Positions 1-13,203 are shown, counted from the whole stretch's first letter. The stretch: 52,694 nucleotides of DNA, filler included, from Sphacelaria rigidula (GCA_964200075.2; 4 parts of 4 records of this genome joined end to end with filler, not necessarily neighbours in it), one strand, 5' to 3'. Made by a program: numbers and translations. Notes: generated by a model not told the origin, from the letters alone.

Positions 1-153
1 CCCTTTGGACACGCATCCTTTCGAGCCGGGGAAGGAGGTAAGGTGGGGGGGGGGGGGGGGAGGGGGGGGAACTTCTGCTGCGCGCCATCTTCCAATGTTT
101 TCTGAATTTCCTCTAACACCTCAGGTCGGAGAATGCGAGTTTCGATTTCCCTA

Positions 154-756
154 CGAGCCGGGCCAGCTTAAAAGCGGCTAAAAGTTGCTCACACCACAGC
201 TTTCCCAGTTTCCCGAATGAACCCGATGTAAGCATATCACCGTGAAGTGTAGGCAAACCTCGTAACACACGGCACCGCGGTTGAATGAAGGAAAAAAATG
301 AAAAAAAATGTACTGCATAATATATTACCGTGCCGACGGACGAAAAGAAAACAGAGAATCTGTGGGGATTCGAACTCATGACCTCCATAATTGGAGACTC
401 CCATCACTTGAATTACAGGGGTGCAGCAGCGTCAGGCAAAACGTTGTACGCACAGCCCAATTCAACGACTCATGAGCTGAAATTTCACCGAGACCTTCTG
501 CACCCAAGGAAATGATACATCACGGGAGCAGCTGCAGATTCTCGTTTTTCCCTGGACTTACGACATCATCTTGTTTTTGCTGAAATTTTAAATCCCCGAT
601 ACTTGTTTTTTTTCCTCCCTTTTTCTTTGCTGCTCTCGCCATATTTTACATGTAGATCATTCAAAGCTCCTGTCAAACTTTCAGCGTCCAACTCCTAATT
701 TTACGCCGTGCGTCGCCTGAGCGAGAAAACTACCAATTGTTGGCCGGCCCAGTTTG
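154..756. mobile_element. Non-autonomous TIR element (Tc1/mariner-like, family A) with an internal tRNA-like segment
   Basis: Ends TA|CGAGCCGGGCCAGC and GCCGGCCCAGTTTG. The interior is a reverse-complement homologue of 44514-45474. Confidence 0.65.
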
Positions 757-2391
757 TGTAGTTTTTTTTTTTCCAGTGTCTGACTTTTGTGGTTTTGAAA
801 CCGTAGACACGTGAGTATATATTTTTTTGTTAGAGCCGGCGCCGTGCGGAAGTTATGGGGAGTGTTTAATAGTCATGATCCAATCCGTGATGATGGCCAA
901 ATTGCAAGGCGGGTATATAACGGAGGAGAGATGGGTTGGTCCCCTTGAGACCATGGACTCTTCCTGACGAAGAGGAGGGGTCAAGAGCGTGCACAAACGA
1001 AATTCAGAAAACAAAAATGAACCTATCCCTTCGCCCCCCCCCCCCTTCCCCCCCGCGCTGAGCCTCGTTCGGCCAAAACCTGGCGTGCTCCGCCCCGGCT
1101 TTGTAGTGGCGGATCCCCTATGGGCCCATGGGGCTCGCGTCGGCTAATAGTGACGCTGAAAAACACGCCTCTCACTGCGTAAGCCACGCAACCAGGTTAC
1201 ATTTTTTTTTTTTGCATACTTCCTCTTTTTGTGGCAACCATGATGGTGGTCGAGCTAGATCATATTGTGCAGGGTGGGAGAGCCTCGATTCCGCGCTGAT
1301 AGGATCATCATACCGCGTAGTGTTTTAATGGTGAGACACCCATGGGGCAGTGTGTAAGCTGTGGGTGTCTCTGGAAGTGGCGGTACCAGAAAATGAAGTA
1401 ACTCATTGTAGGCTGTCATTTATATGCGAGACAATCAGTACGCTTCGGGCCGAACAATCTTAGCAGGATGCAGTCCACCCTTAATGCGACTCTCCGACCA
1501 CATCACGGCGCTCCGCGCTTGGTGATTGACTGCGAGCCTGGTCCGGCGAAAACCCGGTGTGCTCCGTCCTGGCTTTGTAAGGACGCGAGATAAACGGTCA
1601 CATGATGAATACCGCATGCAAGATCATGAGTACCCCCCCCCGCCCGCCCGCCGTCCCCATCGTCCCGCTTCCCGAAAGTAGTTCGGCAACTGGAACGCTT
1701 GTAAAACGTTCGGTGACTACGTTGATTCCAAAAGTACGAATTGTCGTGCAGTACATGAAGATCCATCCGGTAGAGGAAAAATCTTTCCCCCAGGCGATGC
1801 TTCGGGTTGAATCGACCGTGACATTAATCGTTTTTTTTTTTTGCCATAGTTGACCCCTGACCCGACCCAGCACCGTTAGACAAACGCAGTCAGTCGTGAC
1901 CGTAACTTACCGGTATACTCTCTGCTCGACCCCTCCCTCCCCCCTCCTTGTATTTCGATCCAGTGTGGCAAAGATTCGACTGCCAACGGACAGGGAGAGT
2001 CGGGCAAAGGCGCCAGCGGCGTGATTGGCCTCAACCTTTCGATGAACGCGGGGGGTAACGGTGGTGTTGGCGGTGTGGGTGGGGGTGGGGGTGGGGGTGG
2101 GGGTGGTGCTGGGGCAGGGGTGGGCGGTAGGGTGGATGATGCTAAGGAGACATCTACGTTGGGCAGTGGAGGTGCGTTGAGCCGTTTTTTTTTTGAGTGT
2201 TTTGTTGGTTTGTTTGAAGCCCGGCCTGGTCTCATGTACCCTACCGGAATATTCGATTGGTGGGGTTTCTTCAAGGTCATTTCCTGGTGTTGGTGGGAGA
2301 ATACCGGAATTTTCTGGAAGCGTACTCTTGACAGGTAGCAGTGATGGTAGCTAATGTGCGACAATCAACCAAGTCAGTCAGTTAATCAAGT

Positions 2392-2424
2392 TGTAGTGGT
2401 GGTGGTAGTGGTAAAAGTAGTAGC

Positions 2425-2458
<34 letters not shown>

Positions 2459-2558
2459 ATAGTGGTAGTCGTACTAGTAGTCGTACTAGTAGTCGTACTA
2501 GTAGTCGTACTAGTAGTCGAATTAGTAGTAGTCGTAGTAGTCGTAGTAGTAGTAGTAA

Positions 2559-2606
<48 letters not shown>

Positions 2607-2634
2607 TAGTACTACTACTACTACTACTACTACT
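2392..2634. repeat. (GTA)n microsatellite that switches to (TAC)n
   Basis: Read directly. Contains 12-bp variants GTCGTACTAGTA; the strand switch is at 2610/2611. Confidence 0.95.
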
Positions 2635-2801
2635 CCAAAGCCCAAACAAGCCATTGTAACCAACTTAGGCCGATGATGTGCGACTTTTCAAAACATGCAC
2701 AATATTGAGTATACCCCACCTGACCTGCCCTTGCAAAGATCCGAACATGAACATCACAGCCTAGGCTTATCCATCTACTGTCCACATCACACGTCGGACA
2801 G

Positions 2802-2863
2802 CACATGGGCTACGGAATATAGCCAATCGAAGGGATCTCAGATCCGTTGTCCCAGAACACAAG
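2802..2863 (+). CDS. Candidate upstream exon of the contig 1 gene (TWATEYSQSKGSQIRCPRTQ)
   Basis: Acceptor ggacag|, donor AAG|GTACGT, open frame. Its phase-1 end fits the exon starting at 3699. Confidence 0.45.
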
Positions 2864-3545
2864 GTACGTGACAGCAGGGTCCGAGAAGCCAAAGCGTTAT
2901 CTTTGCGCTACCCCGAGGAGGAGGGCAACAGCACCGGGCTAGCTGCTGCTGTGGGCATGGGTTGGATCTCCTTTTTTCAAAATATCACAATATGGGGTAT
3001 ACCCTACCCAACCTGCCCTTGGATCTTCGTTTAGGGTTTACGTACCCGAGTGCTCACTCGCCCAGGGTGCGCGGAGGGTGTGCACACCGTGGGCTCTGGC
3101 TAATATCGGAGCATGAGGGCATTACCTGCACCCCCCTTTTGCCCGAGGGTTATCGGTCTCCCTCGGGTTGGAGTGTGGGTTAAGGTTGAGGGTATAGCGC
3201 TACGGTTTGACAAAAACAAAGTATGTATCAATCATTGCTTACTTGAACCGCCGAGCTGGAGTAAAGCGGCTTCGTGTGTAATAGTATATCAGCGGTATTA
3301 GTCAAACCACTAAGGCAAGCAACAAATTAGTACGCCCCCCCCCCCCTCCTGGGTGATTTTTTGGGGGTATGCGAGATCAATGGTCATACGACTACGACGT
3401 ATCGCATGCAAGACCATGAGTATCCCCCCCTTGGTGATTGAGGGTTCGAAGACTTGACATTGAAGTTAAAGTTGTAATCCCTTTTTGCGCATGCGGTGCT
3501 CGTTCATATTTGCTCTTCATTTAGACCCGTGGTTGATGGGCTGTG

Positions 3546-3580
<35 letters not shown>

Positions 3581-3856
3581 TTTTTTACATACATGGGTCC
3601 TGTACAGTACAGCTACATGTCCTCCCCCCCCCCCCCTCCCTCTCCTATCGCTACTCTACCCCTGATGGATTGGTGGTAATTATCGTTGCTTGTTCTAGGC
3701 GGATTGCTGAAGCTGAGTATGGACGAGGATGGGCTGAGAGAGATGCGGGATAATATGGCTGCCGCGGCGAAGATTGTTAAACAGCACCACGCCGGGACTC
3801 CAGATACAGTCATACCTCAGGTAGGGGCATCTCGCATGCATGGGACGGCGTGTGTG

Positions 3857-3888
<32 letters not shown>

Positions 3889-4913
3889 CGGTCGTGAGTG
3901 ATTACGCGGATTTTCAAGGAATTGTTCCAGAAATGCCTCAAAACAACCGACTACAAGCGACAATATGGCGATGAAACAGACACACATCATGACGCCAGAG
4001 CAATACCATTCTTCTCTCTTTTTTTTTGCATGATGGCCGACGACGACTCGTTCACACCGCAAGTTCTGCGCTACGGTGTGTTTGTTGGATGGGTGTGTCT
4101 ACTGTGGACGATATCATATCTACCATTTTCACGGCCTCGTTGCTCGAAAAGGAGAAACGAGAAGTTGACCGTGGGCACGAAAAAAATATCGTACGCGAGT
4201 TTGCACTACTCCACGTGCCTGGGATGAGGGCCCCTGACTGGGGTGCGACGCTGGAATAAACCTCACGGACTGACTTTATTCGTGTGGTACAAATCAATGA
4301 CATTATAGGCAACTATTGCGGAGGCACAGTGTTCTTCATTCCTCGGCCATATCTGAGTCAATACGAAGTCAAATTTGACAAAATTATGGCGCAAACAAAA
4401 CGCACGGAGAATTGGAGTAGAAACAAATGAACAAGATGAAGATAAATTGATGTGATAATATGTGTAAATATATAGTATTTGCCTAATTTCTGCCGTTTTT
4501 TCCGTTGGCCTCAAATTCGGCGCCCGAGCAGAAAAGAATAGAAATTTGACCCCTACTCGTTGAATACTTTATGAGATTTCGATAAGATGACTCTAAAGGA
4601 TGTCCCGGATAGCACGATCGTAGGCAACAAGATAACGGCGATGGAAACAAAGCCTTTGCCGTCGAGCTATGCCACATTTTGCAGCACTGCCGTGACTGAA
4701 GAAAGAGAAGAAATTTGATCCCAACTCGCTGAATCCTCGACTGCTTCCCACAGACCGTGCTTCCAGAGAACGTCGCGGACAACACACGATCATACACGAA
4801 ACCCCAAACCCAACACAAACAACCCCACCCAAAAAAGCACAGACCACATAGAAACCATANNNNNNNNNNCCCCCCCCCCCCCCGTCCCCCCCACAAACGC
4901 GCCGCCCACACCC

Positions 4914-4949
<36 letters not shown>

Positions 4950-7900
4950 ATGAAAACAAAGCCTTTGCCGTCAAGTAGTCGAGTTTGGCCATATTTTTGC
5001 AGCACTGCCGTCGCTTTCCACGACTCGGCGCCGTGAGATTGAAAAAAAAAATGAAAGTCTGGCCTTAAACTCGCTGAAATTTTGATGATCTCCCACAAAC
5101 GATAATTCTAAAGAACCACGCTGGCCGCATCCTTTCTACGCTTCGGTGTGCATCGCGGATCAGCTTTGGTACAGCGGCCCTTAGTTTTTATCGTAGTTCC
5201 TGAAGCCGTGTCACGGTTGGGTACGCAAAGGTCGGGATGCCGGTACGGAAACGGGCGTGCCATCATCAAGTCTTTGAATTTCGAGAATCTGGCTGGTGAG
5301 GGCAAACTATTGGGTTCTCAGCTTTCTCATGGAATCGCTTCTGCTATCATTAGAGTTCGGGAGTGGTTTGTCTAATCATTGATCAGTTGAAAGGGTACGC
5401 GTAGCGCACTCATGTACCAGTTAAATGGTACATAATGGTTCGGTCATCGAGCGGCAAAGCCGCGAGCCAAAAAGCCACCCCCCCTCCGGCAGAGGGGCCT
5501 CCCCCGGAGGCGCCGTGCCTGAGACACGTTTTTATGCGATTTGGCTTCACTAGAGCTAAAAAGTACGATGCATTTGGGCCAATTTTCAAGGGCTGTGTAT
5601 AGCACACGTAGCCGGTAGCGGCGTATATAGCTGGTACCGGTAAATAATGGTTTGAAATTATCCAAGAATTTCGTGTAACCATTGCCATTATTACCATTAT
5701 AATGTTAATGTGCAGTCATAACTGGCGCCATTTCCGAGCTCTAGCTATAATAGTTTGTTCTCCATCATTGGTTGTAACTTTCATTTGCCTTGGCATAAAG
5801 TATGTTCTGAAGAGCCCTTTTTTGGTCGTCACTTGCTCCTCGCTGCGTTGTGTTCCACACCGGGAAACCTGTATCGTCTGAAAAGCTACAACCGCCACGT
5901 TTCTTTTGATACCATTAAGGGCACCATCATCATCCTGTGTCACTTGTTCATGTGGATAGCGAGCTCTGCGAAATTCTCGCAGTGACGACAATTCATCGGC
6001 GAAAACAAATTCCCATGTACGTCAAACGAAGAAACACGAAATCCGCAGCCATAAACTGTATGCCTCCATAAACATTTCCAGACGAATCGTCATTTGTCCA
6101 ATCCTTGGGCTACAGTTTGCCGTTGTTGTTCTTGTAGGTCGATTGTTACTTGCGGACACATCCATGACCCACCGTTTTTCTACCTTCCGCCCCTCTTCTC
6201 GTCCCTTCCCCCCATTCCTGCGCCCTCGCCGGTCCATAGCAGCAGACACAACAGGATGGCTCTGCGTCACCCCAGAAACGCCCCGCCTCAGATCCCCCAG
6301 CTGGCCAACCGCCGGCCAAGACTTCTCATCCCCCGCACACCGTGGGGAACTCGGCGGCGACTCCCGCCGCCGCTGCTGCCGCCGCTGCTGCGGCCGCCGC
6401 ATTAGCCGCGGCCGACGCCGTCGCTGCCCTGGGCTCTGTCCTCACGAACAGCGAAGGGACCCCGGCGGATAGCGGGGCAACCGCTGCTGGTTCGGCTACC
6501 GCCGCCGCAGGCGGCGGCGGCGGCAGTGGTGGCGGTGACGGTAGTAATGGGCAGGGTGTAGTGGGCGGGGGTTCGAATTCTTCGATCGTCGGAGGAGGGG
6601 GTGGGATGACTGGAGGGGCACCCGGTGGCGGTGTTCCGTCGATGGGGAGCATGCAGGTACATCATGCCTCACCTCATCCCTTCGGCTTTCCGCTTCCACA
6701 ACACGTACCCCCCTTCAATTTCGCCACCGCTCCCCCCTCGCAATCGCACTTTGCACAAACCGCCGCCGCATTACGGAATGTCAGCGGCAATGGCGGGGGC
6801 GGGGGTGCAGGGGCACCTTCTAGTGCGGCGGGCGGCGGTGGCGGGCGACCGTTCACAGGATCTTTGTCCCCGTTCGGACACATGCCGCCGGATGTGTCGT
6901 TCGGCCCGCTGAATCCCGGGTCGCCGCAAGGACTGGTGTATCATTTCCCGCAGTTTCCTCCCACGCCTCCCGGTATGCCACAGTCGACGTCATCGTTGTC
7001 AGCGGCTGCGGCGGCTGCGACAGCTGCGGCGACGGGGGCGGCGGCGACACCGTCACCGTCACCGTCACCGTCACTGGCGCTGATGGGGTCGGTTGGGAGT
7101 AGTGCTGGTGTTGATTCAATCCCGGCCGGCGGAAATGGCGGCGGTGGTGGCGGCGGGGGCAGTGGCACGAGCGACGGGCACCCGCAGATTCCGCGGGGTG
7201 CTCCTGCTCTTGGTATTAGTTCTCCGCGTGCGCAAGGGACGTTTGGGTTTGATCTGGCGACTGCGCGAGGGGAGGGAGGTGGGGGTGCGGCGACGAGTGA
7301 GGACAACGGCGTCGGGGGAGCGGGGGGACGTGTGTTAGACGGCATGGAAGTGGTGGGGCACCAGGTGTGTTTCAAGTTCCGCACGCTCGTTGTTTTCGAA
7401 GTAGGCGATGGTGAACGTGCACAAGCGTGTGTCTGCGTGTGTTTGTTTCATTTCGAGTCGAGTACACGTTGCTTGTTTCATGTCGAGTACTGTTGGATGC
7501 ATTCCTTTCGGGGGTTGATCCAAGCCGTAGGCAATTGGTTGGCATCTGTCCGTGACACTCTACGGCGTGTAGTGTAGTTATGATGGGTCGTATACTTACT
7601 CATGGTCGCTATTAGCCGATCTGATTTTATTACATATGGAGTACTTTCTATCTGCAGAGCACTTTCCAGCGACCATTCGAAATCTTTCTGCCGCACTATT
7701 TTTTTAATTTTCGGCCACATCACTTCGATATTTTCTGGCTCACGGTCGACTGTTGTCCCTCGAAAGCAGTGTAAATTCCTGCTTCGAGTCCTGTAACATA
7801 CTCTCAATACTTGAGCCGACTTCAGCGTTGAGGATCAGACCACGTCTGGAAGCTTTGCTTTAACTAGATACAGTGATAGTCCCGACCCCTCCACTGCGCC

Positions 7901-10900
7901 GTCCCCAATCGGACTCGTGTACGATACTGCGGTGCTGTACGTCATTCCTTTAGATTCCCCTTGCGGGGTTCAAAGCACCAAGGGTATGTTGGGTAGGGTA
8001 AGTACCCGGGTATTTACTCTCCCAAATTTTGTGTTGCGACGTTCCGATCTCCAACCTATTCCGAGATATCGGTTAGAGGTAGGTACGATCGCCATACTCT
8101 GCCCAATATATGGGTATTGCGAAGTGAGGTCTCGACGCCTCACCCGAGTTATGGGTACTTTCATTTTTATTTTCCCAAATACCCAAATGTAGGAAGTGCC
8201 CTACCGAACACACTCTTGTAAAGCAAAATCACATAACTTACTGGAGCAGCCAAGGGCATCCCAGGCGTTGTGTGCCGTGACTCTCCAGTGGATCAGGTAT
8301 TGCTTGGAACGAGCTCTGCACGCGACCGGGTCACATGTTTGTGCAGGCTAAGTTTTTAAGCAGCGTGATCGATCGCTGGTGGTCTTGTTCGAGTTTAGCA
8401 GCATGTATTCTGCGACATACAGCACCTCTGAACAAGTACAATGCAGTGGGTACAGGTCTGGCGTTTTTTGTTGTTGTTGTCGCCTACGGTGTTTTTTGGT
8501 ATCCACGACGTTAACATTTTCACGAACGGTTTTGCACCAGCTGGCATGGTCGATGCACAGAATTTTCAGCACAAAGTCCGAAATCTATTCCTGTTTTTTT
8601 TTTTTTTCTTGTGTGTGTGTGTGTGTGACGTACTACTCCGGAGAATGGCATGTATCATTTCGAAAGGCCTTCTGCTAGAATAGGCCAATCGATGTATAAT
8701 AGTTGATTGAGCTTTCGAAACGTGCTGGTGGTTTGAGACCACTTTACCGTCGTCAGTTAATTGGCAGGGGTATGGGGTTGGTTTATCCACGAACGTCAAC
8801 TCAGCGACCATAGCTCGGGTGCGATCCTTGCAACAAAAGACACCCTGACACCAGGGACGAGGATAGATCTCCGGCGGCTGTCGGAGGCGGCAACAAGCCC
8901 GCCGCAGGATCCTTTCCCCCCCTCACGCCGAATTTTGCTAGGGTGGTATGCAATTTGACGTACAGGCTGGTTTACGCTTATTGCCCTAAAAAACGCCGGG
9001 AGGCTTTTGCTGGGTTTTTCGTGCATATCATGAGTAGAATTACTATTATATATACCCCAAATACCATGGACGATGGCTCTAAAGAACCAAGTCATACCCA
9101 ACTGATACTCTATACCCGGGTAACTCTGAGAATACTTACCCGAGTGTTTGGGTGGAGTATTGAGATCATACCCAACCCTACCCAATTTCTCGGTAGAGTA
9201 TTGAGCTCACACGCATGTGGATACTCTATACCGGTGTATTGCTGGGAGTACTTATCCAATTTTTGGATATAACATAGACAGCATACCCAAATACCCACTA
9301 TTTGGGTAGAGTATTGAGATCATACCCAACTCTATCCATTATCCGGGTAGCGTATTGAGGTCGTATTCAATTTACCCAAAGCTTGATTGTATTGAGGTCG
9401 TATCCGGGTACTTCACAGTAAGTACCTTACCCAACACACCCCTGCAGCCCCTCAATATTCTGCCGGTCGATATATATCCCCGCATGTGTTGCTTCCTGTG
9501 ACTCGCCACCCCATAGCTGGACTCCTGGCAGCGCAAGATGCTGATGGACAACGACAAAGGAAAATTGTCCGGTCAGGAGCTAGTTACCCTTCCTGCATCC
9601 GGAGCTTTACAGGTGCACGTTTTTGCTACAAGCACAAGTTTTATGTCCGCGGCGTTTGTTCGCTGTTCTTGTTAGCTCGTGCGTTCAACCATGTTGCCGT
9701 GCATACTGGTTGCCTGAAACCCTTCCTTTGAACAAGACGCCCCCTTAACTGACCCTGACCTCTTCGACGTTGACGGGATAATTGTCTTCACCGCAACCCT
9801 TGCGCTGTCCCTAACCCCCACCTCAGCCCTAACCCTCGCCGTGGCCCTAGCCCTGACCCTAGCCCTAGCCTTAACCTTTTTGGAACCCGTTGATGATTAT
9901 TCTTCTTCTGGATCGGCATAATTTTCACTCATTTTCAAGTCAAACTGATGCCGATTCACGAACACAAGAATCGTCGGTGGGTTCCAAAAGGGTTAACCCT
10001 ATAGCCCTCGCTTTCGCCTTGGCCCTGGCGCAGCCCTGATCGAGAGCTGAACCCTTACCTGACGGGGAAATTAAGTCGTGCTCGACCTTGACTGTCAGCG
10101 CCAGCTTTTGGGTTGATGACGGAAAACACATGGTTGCCTCCGAATGTACATGACTCGGTCGGGGAGACTAAAATCGTAATCCCTCCACCACCATAAGCTG
10201 CCGGCAAGACGGAAGGACGGCACGCAGCAGGTACATATCTCGAGACGTGAAACGCGAGGCCGATGTGTTGATGATGACGATACTCGGCAGTTAAGTCGAA
10301 ATGCTGCACACGAGCTGGACGTTGAATTGGTTCCGGTAAATGCTTCGGATGAATTTAACATGCACATATTATATTCCTGGAATTTTCTTTGGTCGCAGGG
10401 AATCGGCCCGAATGGCGATGCCGCATCCCAGACTTCGTTGGCGTCGTTGGGATTTCCGGGGGTCGCAGGCAACGTCGGTGCGTTGGCAGATTCTGGGAGG
10501 AACATGGAGCACAGATCGCCGGCGAAGGCTCAAGGGGCGGTGCTCAGCGGTATCATGCAGGTAAGGTTGCTGGCTCATCATTTCAGACTTGCGAGTATCG
10601 CGTGGATGTGGCGTCATTGGTTGAACGGGAGATTGCATTTGTTTTTGTTGGACGCACGCGGGGATGGCTGACAGCGTCGAAGAGAGCGACTGTTACCGCG
10701 AAGGTCCCGCACGCACGACGGAGGAGAAACATGTTTTTTTGCCTCCTGCTTGTTCCAGATTGTTTGATTTTGGAACATGCCATATTTCTGCGCTAATATA
10801 TTAATATGTGCTATACTAACGTTTGAGAAAAAAACATGTTTTGAAGCATCAGTACCTGAGAAATGTTGTGGAGAGTTAACATGCGTCTCAAGTATGTCGG

Positions 10901-11560
10901 TCACATTTTTTTTCCGCAGCAAGATAGACCAGAACTTGTACGTCTACGAATGGATGTCCGTCACGTGTGTCCCAAGACAAGGCCTATATTCTGCACCCTG
11001 GAGAACATATGAAGAGTTGCAATAAACAAGAAATGTACTACGTGAAGTATAGACATATTGCGACTATTGTCGGCCAACAATAGTTGCAATATGCCTACAC
11101 TCTACGCAGTGCATTCTTTGTCTATTGCAATTGTTGACCGTATGTATTGTTCAGAGTGTGCTATATTCTGCGCATCCGCGCGGCACATACGTCTCTGAAG
11201 TGAAAGAGGTGTTGTACGCTACATTTCCTTCTTGTCCGTCCATTGAGTGAAGGATCCGAAGCGCTTCATGAAAAGCTTTGACGGCGGGGTGTCGGTGCAC
11301 TTGAGAAGCATGATCTGCCGGCAGCTTCTATATATATATTTTTTTTTTGCTTCGTGTTGCAGTTATGTGTCGGTTTTCCGTGCGTGTTTCTCATCTCATT
11401 TTCATTAAATCAAACCTTGGATTGGTCGCTTGTGTCATGATTGTTGTTTTCCAGCAGCTATGAACCGTAGGTGGTTGGGCGGGTGGCGGTGGGGGACGTG
11501 GGGAGGGGAAGGTGTACTCACGATCATGCATGCCATAGTCAGAAGACCGGGAGGGGAAGG

Positions 11561-11591
<31 letters not shown>

Positions 11592-12329
11592 TTTGGGGGG
11601 GGGGGGGTGGGAGGGCGGGTGGGGTTCGGGACAGGGAAGGGGCGTGTTTCGCACGCGTATGCGTGTCAGGATGAATTTTGTGTGGGAACAAGTACCATGC
11701 AGGTGAGATGAGATATGAGTTGGTGTTCGAGTAGCCTTCAGCGGTGCTAGTGTATGTGAGCTACTTTATAGTGCTGTGGAGTGAATAGTGAAGGGCCGAG
11801 ACAGTACTCTTTTTCACATTCTTTTACAATTTCCCCTACTCTAGACAATATATGACTAATCTATGCAATATACGAAAGTTGTACTGGATTAAGTATAGGC
11901 GTATTGTGACCATTAATATTGTCGGTCGACAATTTCAATATGCCGACACTTTACCCGGTACATTTTTGGTCTGTTGCATCTGTTGACCGTATATTACCCA
12001 GGATGTGCAGTATATATTCGCACGGCGAAAACAAGTCACTCAAGATCGTGCCGCCATACTGTGAAATGAACTTGAAGGAACCACCTCGCGGACAAACGAT
12101 TGAGATTACACCTCGCCGCTATGCGCGTTCTCTCATCCACTCTCTGCAGATGCCCGGAGCCTCGTCTTCCCTTTTCGTTCACCATGGTGGTGGTGTTGTT
12201 GTTGGTTCAAGTGGCACTTCCCGTCCATTACCAACGTCGCTCGCCGCCGCTGTTGCCTCTATGGCTCCGGGAGCAGAGGCTTCTTCGCCGCTGACCAACG
12301 TTGCGGCTGGTGGCGAGCAGCATCAATGA
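2802..12329 (+). CDS. Spliced gene, probably 5'-partial: uncharacterised protein with a long Gly/Ala/Pro/Ser low-complexity region. Proposed join(2802..2863?,3699..3820,6240..7364,10399..10560,12150..12329)
   Basis: Manual splicing gives GT-AG introns with compatible phases (1,0,0,0) and one open frame ending at TGA 12327-12329. No recognisable domain. Confidence 0.7.
3699..3820 (+). CDS. Exon of the contig 1 gene (GLLKLSMDEDGLREMRDNMAAAAKIVKQHHAGTPDTVIPQ)
   Basis: Acceptor tgttctag|, donor CAG|GTAGGG in phase 0. ATG 3719 is an alternative possible start. Confidence 0.65.
4860..4869. other. 10-N intra-scaffold gap
   Basis: Ten Ns next to long poly-C runs. Confidence 0.95.
6240..7364 (+). 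CDS. Large exon of the contig 1 gene, Gly/Ala/Pro/Ser-rich and likely disordered
   Basis: Polypyrimidine tract 6176-6230 then catag|. The 1125-nt open frame matches ORF 6342..7577. Donor CAG|GTGTGT at 7365. Confidence 0.85.
9875..9992. mobile_element. piggyBac-like mini-element with TTAA target duplication
   Basis: TTAA|CCTTTTTGGAACCC...GGGTTCCAAAAGGG|TTAA. Confidence 0.75.
10399..10560 (+). CDS. Exon of the contig 1 gene (GIGPNGDAASQ...GAVLSGIMQ)
   Basis: Acceptor ttttctttggtcgcag|, donor CAG|GTAAGG, 54 codons, phase 0/0. Confidence 0.75.
11000..11150. repeat. Palindromic (foldback) repeat; related copy at about 11850-12000
   Basis: TGCAATAAACAAG...CATATTGCGACTATTGTCGGCCAACAATAGTTGCAATATG...TTGTCTATTGCA. 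Confidence 0.7.
12150..12329 (+). CDS. Terminal exon of the contig 1 gene (MPGASSSLF...GGEQHQ*)
   Basis: Acceptor ctctctgcag|, phase 0, stop TGA 12327-12329. Composition matches the upstream exons. Confidence 0.7.
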   Translation: MPGASSSLFVHHGGGVVVGSSGTSRPLPTSLAAAVASMAPGAEASSPLTNVAAGGEQHQ

Positions 12330-13103
12330 TATGGTGCAGGCTCCTGGCTGTTGCGGCCACGCGATAAAAAGAAAATAGAAACCGTTAGCGGGTTTGGTTT
12401 AATTATAGTAGTGTCAGGTTTCTGTTCGTAGCTGTTTTTTGTTGTCATCATCATCATTATTCTTATTCTTGTTCTCATTCATATTCGTATTCGCATTCTT
12501 ATTCGTATTTCTTCACGTTGATTTTTGTGCGCTGAAATTGTCACCAATAGGCGAGTACCCCGCACGCGTCCGCTGAAGACGAATGCACAATTTCCCCCCC
12601 TGGCTCTACGGGCTCGTTCAGGGATTCGCCAGACGTGAACTAGTACGTACCTTGAGTTATTTGTAGGTATTGGGATTTCTTGCTTGTGGTCTTGCGGCGT
12701 GTCGCTTGGAGTCCTCAAAATCATGGGTTCTCTTCTGAGAGGAGCACATTTGCTGTTCACGAGAACACCGTGAGATCTATTGAGCGGGCAGCGCAAGTAG
12801 ACGTACGTCCCCCCTCTGTCACAAAATATAGTGATGGTAGACACGAGCTTCTTCGGTGCCGAAGCAATCGCTGGTGGTTCGCTTCTGATTCACGGGGTCC
12901 TTACAGTATGTGTTTTCAGACACATTCGATAATAGTCGTAGTGTGTGGTCATGTAATTCTGATACACACATATTATTCAATATTTGTCTCCTGGTAGTAT
13001 CGAAAGAACTTTTTTCCAGGTGGGGGGGGGGGGGGGGGGGACGAAAGGGGGGGGGGGGGTTTGATGGAGGCGGGGCCCCCTATAGCCCCGGTCTAAAAGA
13101 AAG

Positions 13104-13203
13104 NNNNNNNNNNNNNNNNNNNNNNNNNNNNNNNNNNNNNNNNNNNNTTAATTAATTAANNNNNNNNNNNNNNNNNNNNNNNNNNNNNNNNNNNNNNNNN
13201 NNN
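13104..13203. other. Artificial contig linker
   Basis: 44 N + TTAATTAATTAA (stops in all six frames) + 44 N. Confidence 0.97.

Noticed and set aside
2354..2663. Poly-Val, poly-Leu and poly-Thr ORFs
   Set aside because: They are translations of the (GTA)n microsatellite.
11480..11645. Long G-runs suggesting G-quadruplexes, also at about 45-70, 2050-2130, 4870-4948 and 13022-13060
   Set aside because: Several sit at gaps or contig ends where homopolymer length is unreliable, and nothing supports a function.
13148..13159. TTAATTAATTAA palindrome recurring at regular 13.2-kb spacing
   Set aside because: It is an assembly linker embedded in Ns.
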